From Sphyrna mokarran (taxonomy: Eukaryota), in assembly GCA_024679065.1 (NCBI GenBank), contig JAGIQG010000009.1, forward strand, positions 90,830,001 through 90,894,000: a stretch of 64,000 nt of DNA, given 5' to 3'. The stretch's first letter is position 1. Every line of letters begins with the position of its first letter. Below are positions 1-11,400 of this stretch, one piece after another. The notes below the pieces were generated by a model, which worked only from the letters and a program-made list of their open reading frames with translations, had not been told where the DNA came from and made no database searches. Made by a program: the position numbers and the translations under genes.

Positions 1-615
1 ACTGGTTGAGATTGAAAAGTTTCTCATCCATTTTGTAGGTATCCACTCCACTGGGAAGCTTGTTCTTGACAAGGAAAGGATGGTGGTGGTGAAGGATGAT
101 CGTGATGAAGATGCAGAAAAGAATGCAGGTGTGACATCCCTGTTTGACTCCAGCCTTGACTTCAAAATTTTCTGTCATATTTCCATTGGTGAGGACTGTT
201 ATTGACATCTTGCCTTGGAGGAGTTGGAGGATGTTGATTTTCCTGGACAGCTGGCCTTTGATAGCGTCTTCCATAGCACTTCCCAATTGACTTGACCAGA
301 TCAATGAAGGCCATGTAGAGTGTTTGATATTGTTCCTAGCATTTCACTTGAAATTGTCGAGCAGTGAAAATTATATTCATTGTTCCACAGTTTGATTGGA
401 AGCAACACTGGTTTTCCAGAAGGATTTCTTTGCAGACTAGAAAAAGACAGCAAGTGAGGATTTTAGCAATGATTTTCCCAGCACTGTGAAGAGTAAGAGA
501 TAGTTTGAAAGTTCTCACAGTCTGCTTTGTCTCCTTTCTTGAAGATAGGGGCAGTGATAGCATCCCTGAAGTCAGTCGTAGATTTTCAGGAACAGTTGAT
601 GGAGATAATGAGTGA
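1..615 (-). mobile_element. RTE-clade LINE RT fragment (decayed)
   Basis: Translation gives ENQCCFQSNCGTMNIIFTARQFQVKC*EQ..YMAFIDL..GVKQG, resembling the RTE motif ESQCGFR..RGTTDMIFTARQLQEKCREQ. Confidence 0.75.
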
Positions 616-619
616 TCTG

Positions 620-1068
620 TCATAGAGTCATAGAGGTTTACAGCATGCAAACAGGCCTTTCAGCCCAACTTGTTCATGCTGTCCTTTTTCTAAAACCCCT
701 AAATTAATCACAATTTCTCGCGTTTGGCCCATATCCCTCTATACCCATCATACCCATGTAACTATCTAAATGCTCTTTAAAAGATAAAATTGTACCTGGC
801 TCCACCACTGCTTCTGGCAGCTTGTTTGAGACACTCACAACTCTCTGTGTGAAAAAATTTCCCCTCTGGACACTTTTATATCTCTCCCTTCTCATCTTAA
901 ATCTATGCCCTCTAGTTTTAGACTTCCCTATCTTTGGGAAAAGATATTGGCTATGTATCTTATCTATGTCCCTCATTATTTTATAGACCTCTGTAAGGTC
1001 ATCCCTTAGTCTCCTATGCTCCAGAGAAAAAAGTTCCAGTCTATCCAGCCTCTCCATATAACTTAATT
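620..1068 (-). mobile_element. CR1 3' fragment
   Basis: ORF 704-1120 contains LELFSLEHRRLRDDL..FFTQRVV and is followed by a CR1 tail. Confidence 0.85.
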
Positions 1069-1069
1069 C

Positions 1070-1560
1070 ATCACAGATAGTGTGACATGAAGCCAAGATC
1101 CCTGTTAAGACCATCCTCATGTGTGCGGAACTTGGCTATCAGTCTCTGCTCAGCGGCTCTGCGCTGTCGTGTGTCATGAAGCCCCCTCAAAGAACGTTTA
1201 CACTATCTGTAACCCCCATGACTTGCCTGGGTTAGCAAAAAACCTCACTTACTGTGCTGTCTGGAGACAATACACATCTCTCTAACCTGTGCTCAGTGCT
1301 CCTTCCACTCACATTGTTAGCCACTTTAAGACTTGAATAGCAGGTTAAGTGTAAGGATTCACATTCTAATCAGTAATCTGTAAACTGTCTGTGCTGATAC
1401 GTGTGCTATTGGAGACCAGAACACCTCATTCGCCTGACGAAGGCCATAAAGCTGGAAGCTTGCAAGTTTACTATCAAATAGATCGGTTGGATTTAAACTT
1501 GATGTTGTCAGACTTCTTACTGTGTTTACCCCAGTCCAACGTCGGCATCTCTACATCAGC
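1070..1560. mobile_element. Penelope-like element fragment with inverted segment and degenerate hammerhead core
   Basis: 1070-1200 (minus) is homologous to the GIY-YIG C-terminus at 50440-50560. 1200-1560 (plus) is a pLTR with CTGACGA..GGAAGCTT at 1434-1463. Confidence 0.7.
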
Positions 1561-4500
1561 ATTTATTACCCATTCCTAATAGCCCTCAAGAAGGTGATGG
1601 TGAGCTGTCTTATTGAATCACTGCAGTCCATGTGCTGTGGGTTGCCCCACAATGTCATTAGGGAGGGAATTCCAGTATTTTGACCCAGCGACAGTGAAGG
1701 AATGGTGAAATATTTCCAAGTCAGGATGGTGAGTGGCTTGGTGGGGAAATTGCAGACAGTGCTGTTCCCATGTATCAGCTGCCCTTGTCCTTCTAAATGG
1801 AAGTGGTTGTGAGTTTGGAAGTGCTGACTAAGAATCTTTGGTGAATTGCTGCAATGCGCCTTGTAAATAGTACACACTGCTGCTACTGAGTGTCGATGAT
1901 GGAGGGAAAGATGTTTGTAGATGTGGTGCCAATCAAACAGACTAATTTGTTCTGGTGGTGTCAAACTTCTTGTGTGTTGTTCGAGCTCCACCTATCCATG
2001 CAAATGGACAGTACTCCATCACACTTCTGACCCATGCCTTGTCGATGGTGGTCAGGCTTTGGGAAGTTAGGAAATGAGTTACTTGACTGCAGTATTCCTA
2101 GCCTCTGACTTGTTCTTGTAGCCATTGAAAATGTGGTGAATCCAGTTGAGTTTCTGGTCAATGGTAACCCCAAGGATGTTGGCAGTGGAGGATTCAATGA
2201 TAGTTACACTATTGAACATCAAGGACCAGTGGTTAGAATGTCGCTTACTGTTGATGATCATTATCTGGCATTTCTGTGGTGTGAATATTACTTGCCATTT
2301 GTATTGTCCAGACTGTGTCGCATTTGAATATGGACTGCTTCTTTATCTGAGGAGTCACAAATGGTGATGAATAATGTGCAGTCATCGAAGAACATCCCCA
2401 CTTCTGACCTTATGATGGAGGGAAGGTCATTGATGAAGCAGCTGAAGATGATTGAGTTCAGGACACTACCCTGAGGGACTCCTGCAGAGATGTCCAGGAG
2501 TGGATGATCTTCCACAATCATCTTCCTTTGTACCAGGTATGACTCCAACCAGAGGAGAATTTTCTCCTTGATACCCATTAATTCCAGTTTTGCTACATCT
2601 CCTCGGTCAAATGTGGCCTTGATGTCAAGGGCTGTCACTCTGCCCTCTAAAACTTAGCTCTTTTGTCCATGTTTGAACCAAGGCTGTAATAAGATCAGGA
2701 GCTGAGTGATTCTGGTGAAACCTAAACTGGGTTTCACTGAGCAGGTTATTGTTGAGCAAGTGCTGCTTGATAGCACTGTTAATGACTTCTTCCATCACTT
2801 TGCTGATGATCGAGAGTAGATTGATTGGGTGGTAATTGGCCAGATTAGATTTGTCCTGCTTTTTGTTTACAGGATATACCTGATCACTTTTCCATACTGT
2901 TGGGTAGATGCCAGTGTTTCAACTGTACTGTTGGCAAGGGGAGCAGCAAGTTCTGGAGCATAAGTCTGCAGTACAATTGCCAGAATGTTATCAGGACCTA
3001 TTGCCTTTGCAGTATCCAGTACCTTTAATCATTTCTTGATATCATATGGAGTGAACTGAATTGGCTGGAGACGGGCAGTTGTGATGCTGCAGACAACTGG
3101 AGAAGGCTGAGATGGATCATCTACTCTGCACTTTTGGCTAAAGATTGCTGTAAATGCTTCATCTTTACCTTTTTTTGATTTGATTTGATTTATTGTCACA
3201 TGTATTAACATCCAATGAAAAGTATTGTTTCTTATGTGCTATACAGAAAGAACATACTGTTCATAGAGAAGGAAACAAGAGAGTGCAGTCATAGCTAGGG
3301 TGTTGAGAAAGATCAACTTAATGCAAGATTGGTCTATTCAAAAGTCTGACAGTAGCACGGAAGAAACTGTTCTTGAATCGGTTGGTACATGGCCTCAGAC
3401 TTTTGTGTCTTTTTCCTGACAGGAGAAGGTGGAAGAGAGAATGTCCGGGCTGCATGGGGTGCTTAATTATGCTGTGCCGAGGCAGCAAGAAGTGTAGGAA
3501 GAGTCAATGGCTGGGCTCATGCATCACTGAGGATGAAGGTGTTTGTGGACTCTCTTTCTCCATTGAATTGAATGCCTAATACCATTCACAACTGGATGTA
3601 GCAGAACTGCAGAGCTTAGATTTGATCCGTTGGTTGTGGGATCACTTACCCCTGCCGCTCACTTGCTGTTTGGCATGCAAGTAACCCTGTTTGATAGCAG
3701 GTTGACCATCTTTAGATATGCCTGGTGCTGCTCCTGGTATGCCCTCCTACACTCTCCATTGAACCAGTATTGATCTTTTGGCTTGATGATAATAGTTGAG
3801 TGGGGAATATGCTGGGCCATGGGTTTGCAGATTGTGCTGGAGGACAGTTCCACTGTTTTTGATAGCCCACAGAGCATCATGGATGCCCGGTCTTAAGTTG
3901 CTAGATCTGTTTGAAGCCTGGCCCGATAATAGTGCCACACAACATGATGGAGGTTATTTACAATGTGAGGACATTGTATCTCCATAAGCACCCTGCGCTT
4001 GTCACTTTTACTGATACTGCCATGGACAGATGCATCTGCAGCCAGCAGATTGAGAAGGATGAGGTCAAGCATGTTTCCCTTCTTTTTGGTCCCTTCATCA
4101 CCTGGTGCCAACCCAATCTAGCAGTTATATCCTTTAGGCCTTGACCAGCTTGATCAGTAGTGTTGCTGCTGAGTCACTCTCAGCGATGGACATTGAAATC
4201 CCCCACAAGAGTACATTTTGCACCCTTGCTACCATCAGTTCTTCCTCCAAGCATTGTAAACCATGGAGGAGTACTGATGCATCAACCAAAGGAGGGTGGT
4301 ACATGGTAACCAGTAAGAGATATCCTTGTCCATGTTTAACCTGAAGCATGAGACTTCATGGGGTTTAGAGTCAATGTTGAGGACTCCAACTGCATTTCCA
4401 TCCCAACTGTACACTACTGTGCCATCACCTCTGCTGGGTCTGTCCTGCCGGTGGGACAGGACATATCCAGGGATGGTAATGGTGGTGTCTGGGGTGTTAT

Positions 4501-4700
4501 CTGTAAGGTATGATTATGGGAGAATGACAGGCTGTTGCTTGACTAGTCTGTGAGACAGCTCTCTCAATTTTAGCATTAACCCCCAGCTGTTAGTATGGAG
4601 GACTTTGCAGAGTTGACTGGGCTATTTGTTTTGCAGTTTTCTTTTCCGATACTTAAGTCAATGCCCAGATAGTCCATCTGGTTTCATTTCTTTGTTGAGA
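1560..4700 (-). mobile_element. Decayed CR1/L2-group LINE (APE-RT)
   Basis: ORF remnants TALDIKATFDR, GVPQGSVLNSIIFSCFINDLP, MFFDDCT, LDLILLN and HIPHSTIIIKPKDQYWFNGECRR. Confidence 0.8.
3175..3530 (-). mobile_element. LINE 3' fragment (Rex1/Babar-like) nested in the older LINE
   Basis: It has a (TCAAA)n tail and the host LINE resumes after it. The family call is from recalled resemblance only. Confidence 0.45.
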
Positions 4701-4719
4701 CTTTGTAGCAATTGATACT

Positions 4720-5030
4720 ACTGAGTGGCTTGCTAGGCCAATTTGGAAGGCACTTGAGAGTCAACCACATTGTTGTAGTTCTGGAGTCACACGTAGGTCA
4801 GACCAATAATGACAGCAGATTGTCTTTCCTGAACGACATTAGAAAATGGGTTTTCTCATCAATCGAGAAATGTTTTCATGGTCATCAATAGACTCTTAAT
4901 TCCAGATTTTTTTTATTGAATTTAAATTCCACCAACTGCCATGGTGGGATTTGAAATCTGGTCCCCAGGACATTAGCCAAGTTTTCTGGATTAATAGTCT
5001 ACCGATAATACCACTAGGCCTCCCCCACTG
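4720..5030 (-). mobile_element. tRNA-headed SINE (same family as 49322-49670 and 38560-38715)
   Basis: Shared CCATGGCAGTTGGTGGAATTTAAATTCA core and a tRNA A/B-box-like head. Confidence 0.6.
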
Positions 5031-5139
5031 AGAGAGAATGAGAAGGATATTGAAAGGCAAAAGGAAAGTGAGAGAAAGAGAGGATACAAAGGAAAAGGCA
5101 AAAGTGAAGGAGAAGGTGAGAGAGTATGAGAGAGGGTTA

Positions 5140-5300
5140 TCTGCGTGGATTTCCTCTGGATGTTCTGGTTTCCTCCCACAAAACATGTTCATTAGGTGAA
5201 TTGACCCAAACACGCACTGAAGTGTGGTGCTTAGGGGCATTTCACAGTAACTTCATTGCAGTGTTAAGGTAAGCCTTACTTGTGACTGATAAATAAACTT
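5140..5300 (+). mobile_element. V-domain SINE fragment, alternative-tail subfamily
   Basis: V-domain CTGCGTGGATTTCCTCTGGATGTTCTGGTTTCCTCCCAC, then a tail GGGGCATTTCACAGTAACTTCATTGCAGTGTTAA..AATAAA shared with 27020-27195 and 44385-44655. Confidence 0.65.
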
Positions 5301-5449
5301 TTAAAAAAAGTAAGGGGGAGGTATGAGAAAGTGAGAGGGAGGAAAGAGGAAGCAAGAATGGAGAATGGGCAAGAGAGTGAGCAGGAGGGAAGAGAGAAAG
5401 GGGGAATAAAAAGGAAGATAGAGTGTGAAGAACAGGTAACAAGGTAGAG

Positions 5450-5785
5450 GAAAGAGAGCAGGCATATGAAGAAGGAGCAGGAATAGGCTATTCAACCCCT
5501 CGAGTCTGCTCTGCTATTTAATAATAGTAATCTTAAATCTTCATCCCTCTGATCACCGAAAACCTTTCATCCCTTTTTATCTCTGCCTTAAAAATATTCA
5601 AAGATTCGGCTTCCAGCATTTTTTCAGGAACAGAATTCCAAACAGTCACTACCCTCATTGAAAAATTGTCTCATCTCACTTATAAATGGGAAAACAGTGA
5701 CCCCAGTTCTAGATTCTTCCACAAGAGGAAACATGCTCTCCACATCCACCTATCAATACACCTGAGGATCTGATATATTTCAAAC
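5450..5785 (-). mobile_element. CR1 3' fragment
   Basis: Typical CR1 3' UTR and ORF2 end in reverse. Confidence 0.6.
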
Positions 5786-5989
5786 AATTGGGAAATAGTG
5801 TGAAAGAGTAAGAGGTCTTGGCATGAACTTCATGTGCTGCCTCTGTGTAGCCCCTGGTGGAGAGGGGAGAGACGTAGTTGACAGGGACTGCAAAGGAAGA
5901 CAGTAATTCACAGGATTTACCCAGTAACTGCTAATGCTGCAAACTGTTTATTTTCTATTGGTTGGACTCTAAGACATGGCACTGTGCCC

Positions 5990-6305
5990 TTTTTTTTGTT
6001 GTTTTTATTTCAATTCAATCAAATCAAATCCAATTCAGAGTCCTAACAAGTTGAGACATTCCCAATCCAAGCTGACAAGACAGGACTCTCACCTCCTGTC
6101 TTGGGCTTGAGCTACATGATCCAAGGTGATTGGAATAGGCATAGCTCCTCCTCCAAGGCTTCATCTCATTCGCATCTTAGTCAAAAGACCCAGATGTTGC
6201 TTTTAAAAATTGCTTCAATTGAAGCTGAAATGTAACCTAATGACTTCAACCATGCATAGCATGTCGATACTATACTTGATCTTAGCCAAAAGGCCAAGAA
6301 GCGAT
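5990..6305 (-). mobile_element. U2 snRNA-headed SINE-like retroposon (SINEU-like), copy 1
   Basis: 6266-6305 reverse-complements to U2 nt 1-40 (38/40). It has the same body, internal hairpin and A-tail as 19675-19983. No clear TSD. Confidence 0.85.
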
Positions 6306-6479
6306 TTAGCTAAAGATCGAAAGCTCACAATCTGCCAAACTTAGGGACTTTCTGTTACACAATTTCCCAGAAATAGCTCTTAGAAATCATCAGTCATGTC
6401 ACAGCCCTAAAGAAAATTAACAACTAACATTATTTGAGTGACAATTACATCATGTAAAACACCCTAATTCTCACATATA

Positions 6480-7140
6480 GAATCACTGGCACACACTTGC
6501 ACACATGCATGATAACTCACAATCATACAAATTTGCATGAATTTGTACACATTCATAAATCTACAGTCTCACATGCAAACACACAAATTGCCCATATACT
6601 TACACTCACAATCACAAACAAGCCATCTCACACTCAAAATATTCTGTCGCACACAATCATTTGCACCAAACACAATCTTCCAGTTATTTGCTAACACACA
6701 GATACATACAGACATCACACAAAATAAATCACACACTTAAACACACAAATCCACGCTCAGTCAGAGATACATACTAAAACACAATACACAATCATTCTCA
6801 AGTGTGTGCTATCAAATACTTAGGTCAGAATTTTCTGGCCATTCATGCTGACAGGATCTTCTGGTCCCAACAATGGCATTCCCCAGCTGTAAGTTCCCCA
6901 CCAGCAAGGGGTGCATTCAATGTGAAACTCTACTGACAACAACTGGACCGCCGCTGGTCAATACTGAGTTGCTTTTGGCATTGCGAAAGATGCGGCGGTT
7001 GTGCAGAAAATCCCGCCCTTAATTTAAGATACAGCCTCACATAGATGCACATACAATTACACATTCACATTCATACACATAAACTCAGAATATCACTCAT
7101 TCACATTAATGTATACATACACAACATAGCAATACATAGG
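6480..7140. repeat. (CA)-rich low-complexity tract interrupted by a MITE
   Basis: Imperfect ACAC/CACA runs. Confidence 0.75.
6823..7018. mobile_element. PIF/Harbinger-type MITE
   Basis: Imperfect TIRs GGTCAGAATTTTCTG / CAGAAAATCCCGCCC flanked by a TTA TSD (6820-6822, 7019-7021). Confidence 0.65.
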
Positions 7141-7679
7141 GAAAGACAGATTCTCAGTCCAAGGGAGTATTGTCTCGTTGAACAGAGTAACGAACTAGAC
7201 CATAACTTGGAAAGGGAGATTAATGACCCAGACCTGTCTCTCCTATAGGAGAGAGAGTACAAACCTAGACTCTCAGTCAGGGAAATCTGGACTTAAATTG
7301 GAGAGACAGAAACCCTCAGTATGGGAAGGATATTGGTGTCAAAGGTTGCAGACAGATTTTGAAGGGTTAAGAATAATCCTTTCTCACAGTCACATGCCAT
7401 AATAATGGACCTGATCTTCCACAGAATAGTAATTTGAGTTGGATTGTCACTTTAGTGTTTGCCTCAGAATCTTTTAAATCCTTTCTTTCCCAAACTTCTG
7501 ACTCCTGCTGAGCTGAAATGTGCAGGGCACATGCTACCGGGGCCTTATGTTGAGAGCTTCAATCAGAGTTGTACTCAAGGAGGCCATGCCCCCGTTTTGC
7601 ATCAGCTGAATTTGGAAGTTCAGCCAGGGAGAAATTAGATTTATCAGCTAGGTGGTTATAATTTGTGGGGGAATGAAGT

Positions 7680-8225
7680 TGGCCAATCAGAGGTGGTTGG
7701 GCACTTGGGCAGAGTCAGACAGTCAAGGGTGGGTTGGGACTAGCAGTTGGGGAAAGTGGGGTTGAGTAGTCAGAGAGGATTGGGCAGTCAGAGCAGACCA
7801 TGTGGCTGGGACAGTTGATGGGGGTCAGGCAATGGAATGGCAATTCGGTAGTCAGGGTCAGGCAGTCGGTAGGGGTCAGGCAGTCAGTCGGGCTTGGGCA
7901 ATGAGGTGTGGTTAGGCAGTCAGGGATTGGGAGTTGCTGGGCATTGGGTAGTCGATGCGAGCTGGGAAGTTAGTACGTGCTAGGCAATTGGTGGGTGCTA
8001 GGCAGTTGAGGGGGTGCTGGTCTATTGGTAAAGGTCTGGCAATGGTAGGCGATCAGACAGTCAGTGGGGGAGGTATGCATTTGGAGAGGCTCAGGCAGAG
8101 GATGGGGATGGTCAGGTCAGGCTTGGAGATTAGCTAGGATTTAAGTGGAATTTAAATGGGGGATGCTAGTTGGAAGTTGGGGGTGGTTGGATGGCCCAAT
8201 TGATGGGGGGAGGGGTGCGGGGGGC
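7680..8225 (+). repeat. G-rich degenerate minisatellite (GGGGTCAGGCAGTC-like)
   Basis: Repeated ggtcaggcagtc / gggcagttg units with strong G skew. Confidence 0.65.
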
Positions 8226-8420
8226 AGTGTTATTCATTCATGGGACATTGGTGTCACTGGCTGCCAGCATTTATTGGCGGGGAGTACCAGGATTTTGACC
8301 CAATGATAATGAAGAAACGGTGATATACTGCCAATTCAGGATGGTTGGAGGGAAACTTGGTGGTGGTTCTCAGGTATCTGCTGCTTTTGTCTTTCTAGAT
8401 GGAAGTAGTCCTGGGTTGAG

Positions 8421-11400
8421 CTCTGGGACAGAATGTTTGGAAGTGCTGGTGGCTGAGTGTGAGTTTTTCAATTTGCTTTTTTTTCTCTTTCTTTTTGAGT
8501 GCTTTTTGCTGCTGTAGTTAGTCTGGGGCTAGCTGGGAAGGAAACCGGGGAGTATAAAAAGAAAGTGGCAGTAGACCGCAGGCAGCATCGGGAATGGGCA
8601 GGGGAGTGAGTAGGGAAGCAGAGTGAGAGATGTAGGGGCTTTGGCTCGCAGGGCCTGGGCTAGAGCAGGCTTAGTCACAGTGTGCTACTGGTTTTTCCAT
8701 TAGAATTCACGCCTCCAAAGGGCTCATGACAATGGCAGGGATTAAGGGAAGACGCCTCACCTGCGTACGGTGTCATATGTGGGAGTTCCTGGAGGCGAGA
8801 CCTCTCCCGAAAGTCCACATATGTGTCAAGTGTTTGGAGCTGCAGTGTCTGAGGGCTCGGGTCAAGCAACTAGAGCGCCAGTTGGAAGATGCATTTTTAG
8901 TCAGAGAGAACGAGGCAATCATGGAAGGGAGGCAGAATAAGGTGGCAGACCCGGAGCCTAAGTGGGGGGGACCTGACCCTTACAGGTGGATTACTGTCAG
9001 GAAGGGGAAAAAGGAGAGGGAAGACAGTCGAAAGACTTCCCCAGTGGCAGCCCCCCAAAATATCGAGGGCGGAGGGGTAAAAAACACAAGGCATGAGGAC
9101 CAGAGTACCTCAAAGGGGAGGAAAGGGGCTAAAAGGTGGGGGGTGGGGGGTGGGAGGGTTAAAGGAATAGATAGGCGCTTCTGTGGTCCAAGGCGGGACT
9201 CCAGGATGGTAGTTTGCCTCCCTGGAGCAGGGGTGCAAGACGTGTCTGACAGGGTAGAGGGCATTTTGAAGGGTGAGGGGCCCAGGCGGATGTGATTATT
9301 CACGTAGGAGAGAAGGATGTAGGAAGGAAGAGCAGGGAGGATATATGAAGGCAGTTCAGGGAGTTGGGGGGTAGGCTGAAGAGCAGGGCCTCGAAGGTGG
9401 CGATCTCAGGTCTGCTTCCAGGCGCGGGTAATAGTGGAGCCAGGAGAAATGAGATCCTACAGCTGAATGTGTGGCTGAAGGGCTGGTGTAGGGCAGAGGG
9501 TTTCATATTTGTGGATAACTGGGAAGTCTTTGTGAAAGAAGGGCACCTGTATAGAAGGGACGGGGAACACTTAAATGGGAAGGGTGTGAATATCTTAGCT
9601 GGGAGGTTAGCTGGAGTGTTTCAGCAGGATTTAAGCTAATATGGAGGGAGGGAGGGGCTGAGACCGATAGCTCAGTAGAGAGCGAGATGGGAGATAGAGT
9701 AAGCTTGGACGAGAAAAGATGCACCGGAGAGAAGGAGGTTCCGAGTGGTCTTGGAGGTCTGGAGTGTGTCTGTTTCAATGCGAGGAGCTTAACGGGAAAA
9801 ACGGATCAACTTAGGGCCTTAATGTTTGGGAGGAACTTGGACGTGGTTGCTGTGACGGAGACATGGTTAAAGGAAGGGGAGCAGTGGCAACTGAACATTC
9901 CTGGGTATAAGTGTGTCAGGCGTGACAGAGGAGGGTCCAGAAGAGGTGGAGGAGTGGTCTTGTTAGTTGAGGAGAGCATCACGGCGGTGCAGAGGGAGGA
10001 CAATACAGAGGAGTTAGGAGTGGAGTCGCTGTGGGTGGAGCTGAGTAATAGAAAGGGGGTGATTACTATGCTAGGGGTTTATTACACGCCATCCAACAGC
10101 CCGCGGGTAGTTGAAGAAGGCATATGTAAAGACATTTTGGATAGGTGCAGAAAGAACAGAGTCGTTATAGTGGGAGATTTTAATCTCCCTAGGGTGGATT
10201 GGAAAGTACCTAGAGCTGGGGCATGGCAGGAATTTGTAAAATGTGTACTGGAAGGATCGTTGGAGCAGTATGTGGCTAGCCCGACTAGAGAAGGGGCTAT
10301 GTTGGATTTAGTTCTGAGTAATGAACCAGGGCAGGTGGTTGATGTTGTAGTAGGGGAACACGTGGCTAACAGTGACCACAATTCTGTCTACTTTAGGATA
10401 CAGATGGAAAAGGATGCTTGTTGCCCTAGGGGCAGGGTGCTGAATTGGGGGAAGGCTAACTACGGTCGGATTATGCAGGAACTTAGGGAAACTGATTGGG
10501 AACGGTTGTTCGAGGGTAAGTCCACGCTAGGCATGTGGGACTCTTTCAAGGGAATACTGAAAATGTTGCACGATAAATATGTGCCGGCCAAGAGGAAAGA
10601 TGGGAAAGATAGGATTAGAGAGCCGTGGATTACTAGGGATATTGAGGACTTGGTTAGAAGAAAAGAGAGATGTATGATAGGTCAAAGCAGCTGGGAACCG
10701 AGACAGCGTTGGAGGAATTTAGAGAGAGTAGGAGGGAGCTCAAACAGCGAGTTAAAGGGCAGAAAGGGGGCATGAAATGATTTTGGCAGATAAGATTAAT
10801 GAAAATCCAAAGGCTTTTTACTCCTATGTTAGGAATAAAAGGGTGGTTAGTGGAAAAATCGGACCTCTTAGGGACGGAGGAGGGGAACTGTGCTCAGAGC
10901 CTGAGGGAATGGCGGGGATACTGAATGAATACTTTGCGTCGGTATTCACGAAGGAGAGGGGCTTGTTGACAGCTCCTGTGTCTGAGGGAGCTGTGGACCA
11001 GTTGAGGGAAATATCCATACCGAGGGAGGAAGTGTTAGAGCTTCTAGGTAGCATTAAAACTCCAGGGCCTGATGGCATTCATCCCAGGCTGCTTAGGGAG
11101 GTGCGAGGTGAAATTGCTGGGCCTCTGACACAACTCTTTGTCTCTTCCTTGGACACAGGTGAGGTCCCAGAGGACTGGAGAATGGCTAATGTTGTACCGT
11201 TGTTTAAAAAGGGTAGTAGGGATAACCCTGGAAATTATAGGCCGGTGAGTTTGACGTCAGTGGTAGGGAAGCAGTTGGAGGGAATTCTTAGAGATAGGAT
11301 GTATAGGCACTTAGAGCGATGAGATCTGATTCGGGATACGCAGCATGAATTTGTTAAGGGGAGGTCGTGCCTTACGAATCTGGTAGAATTTTTTGAGGAG

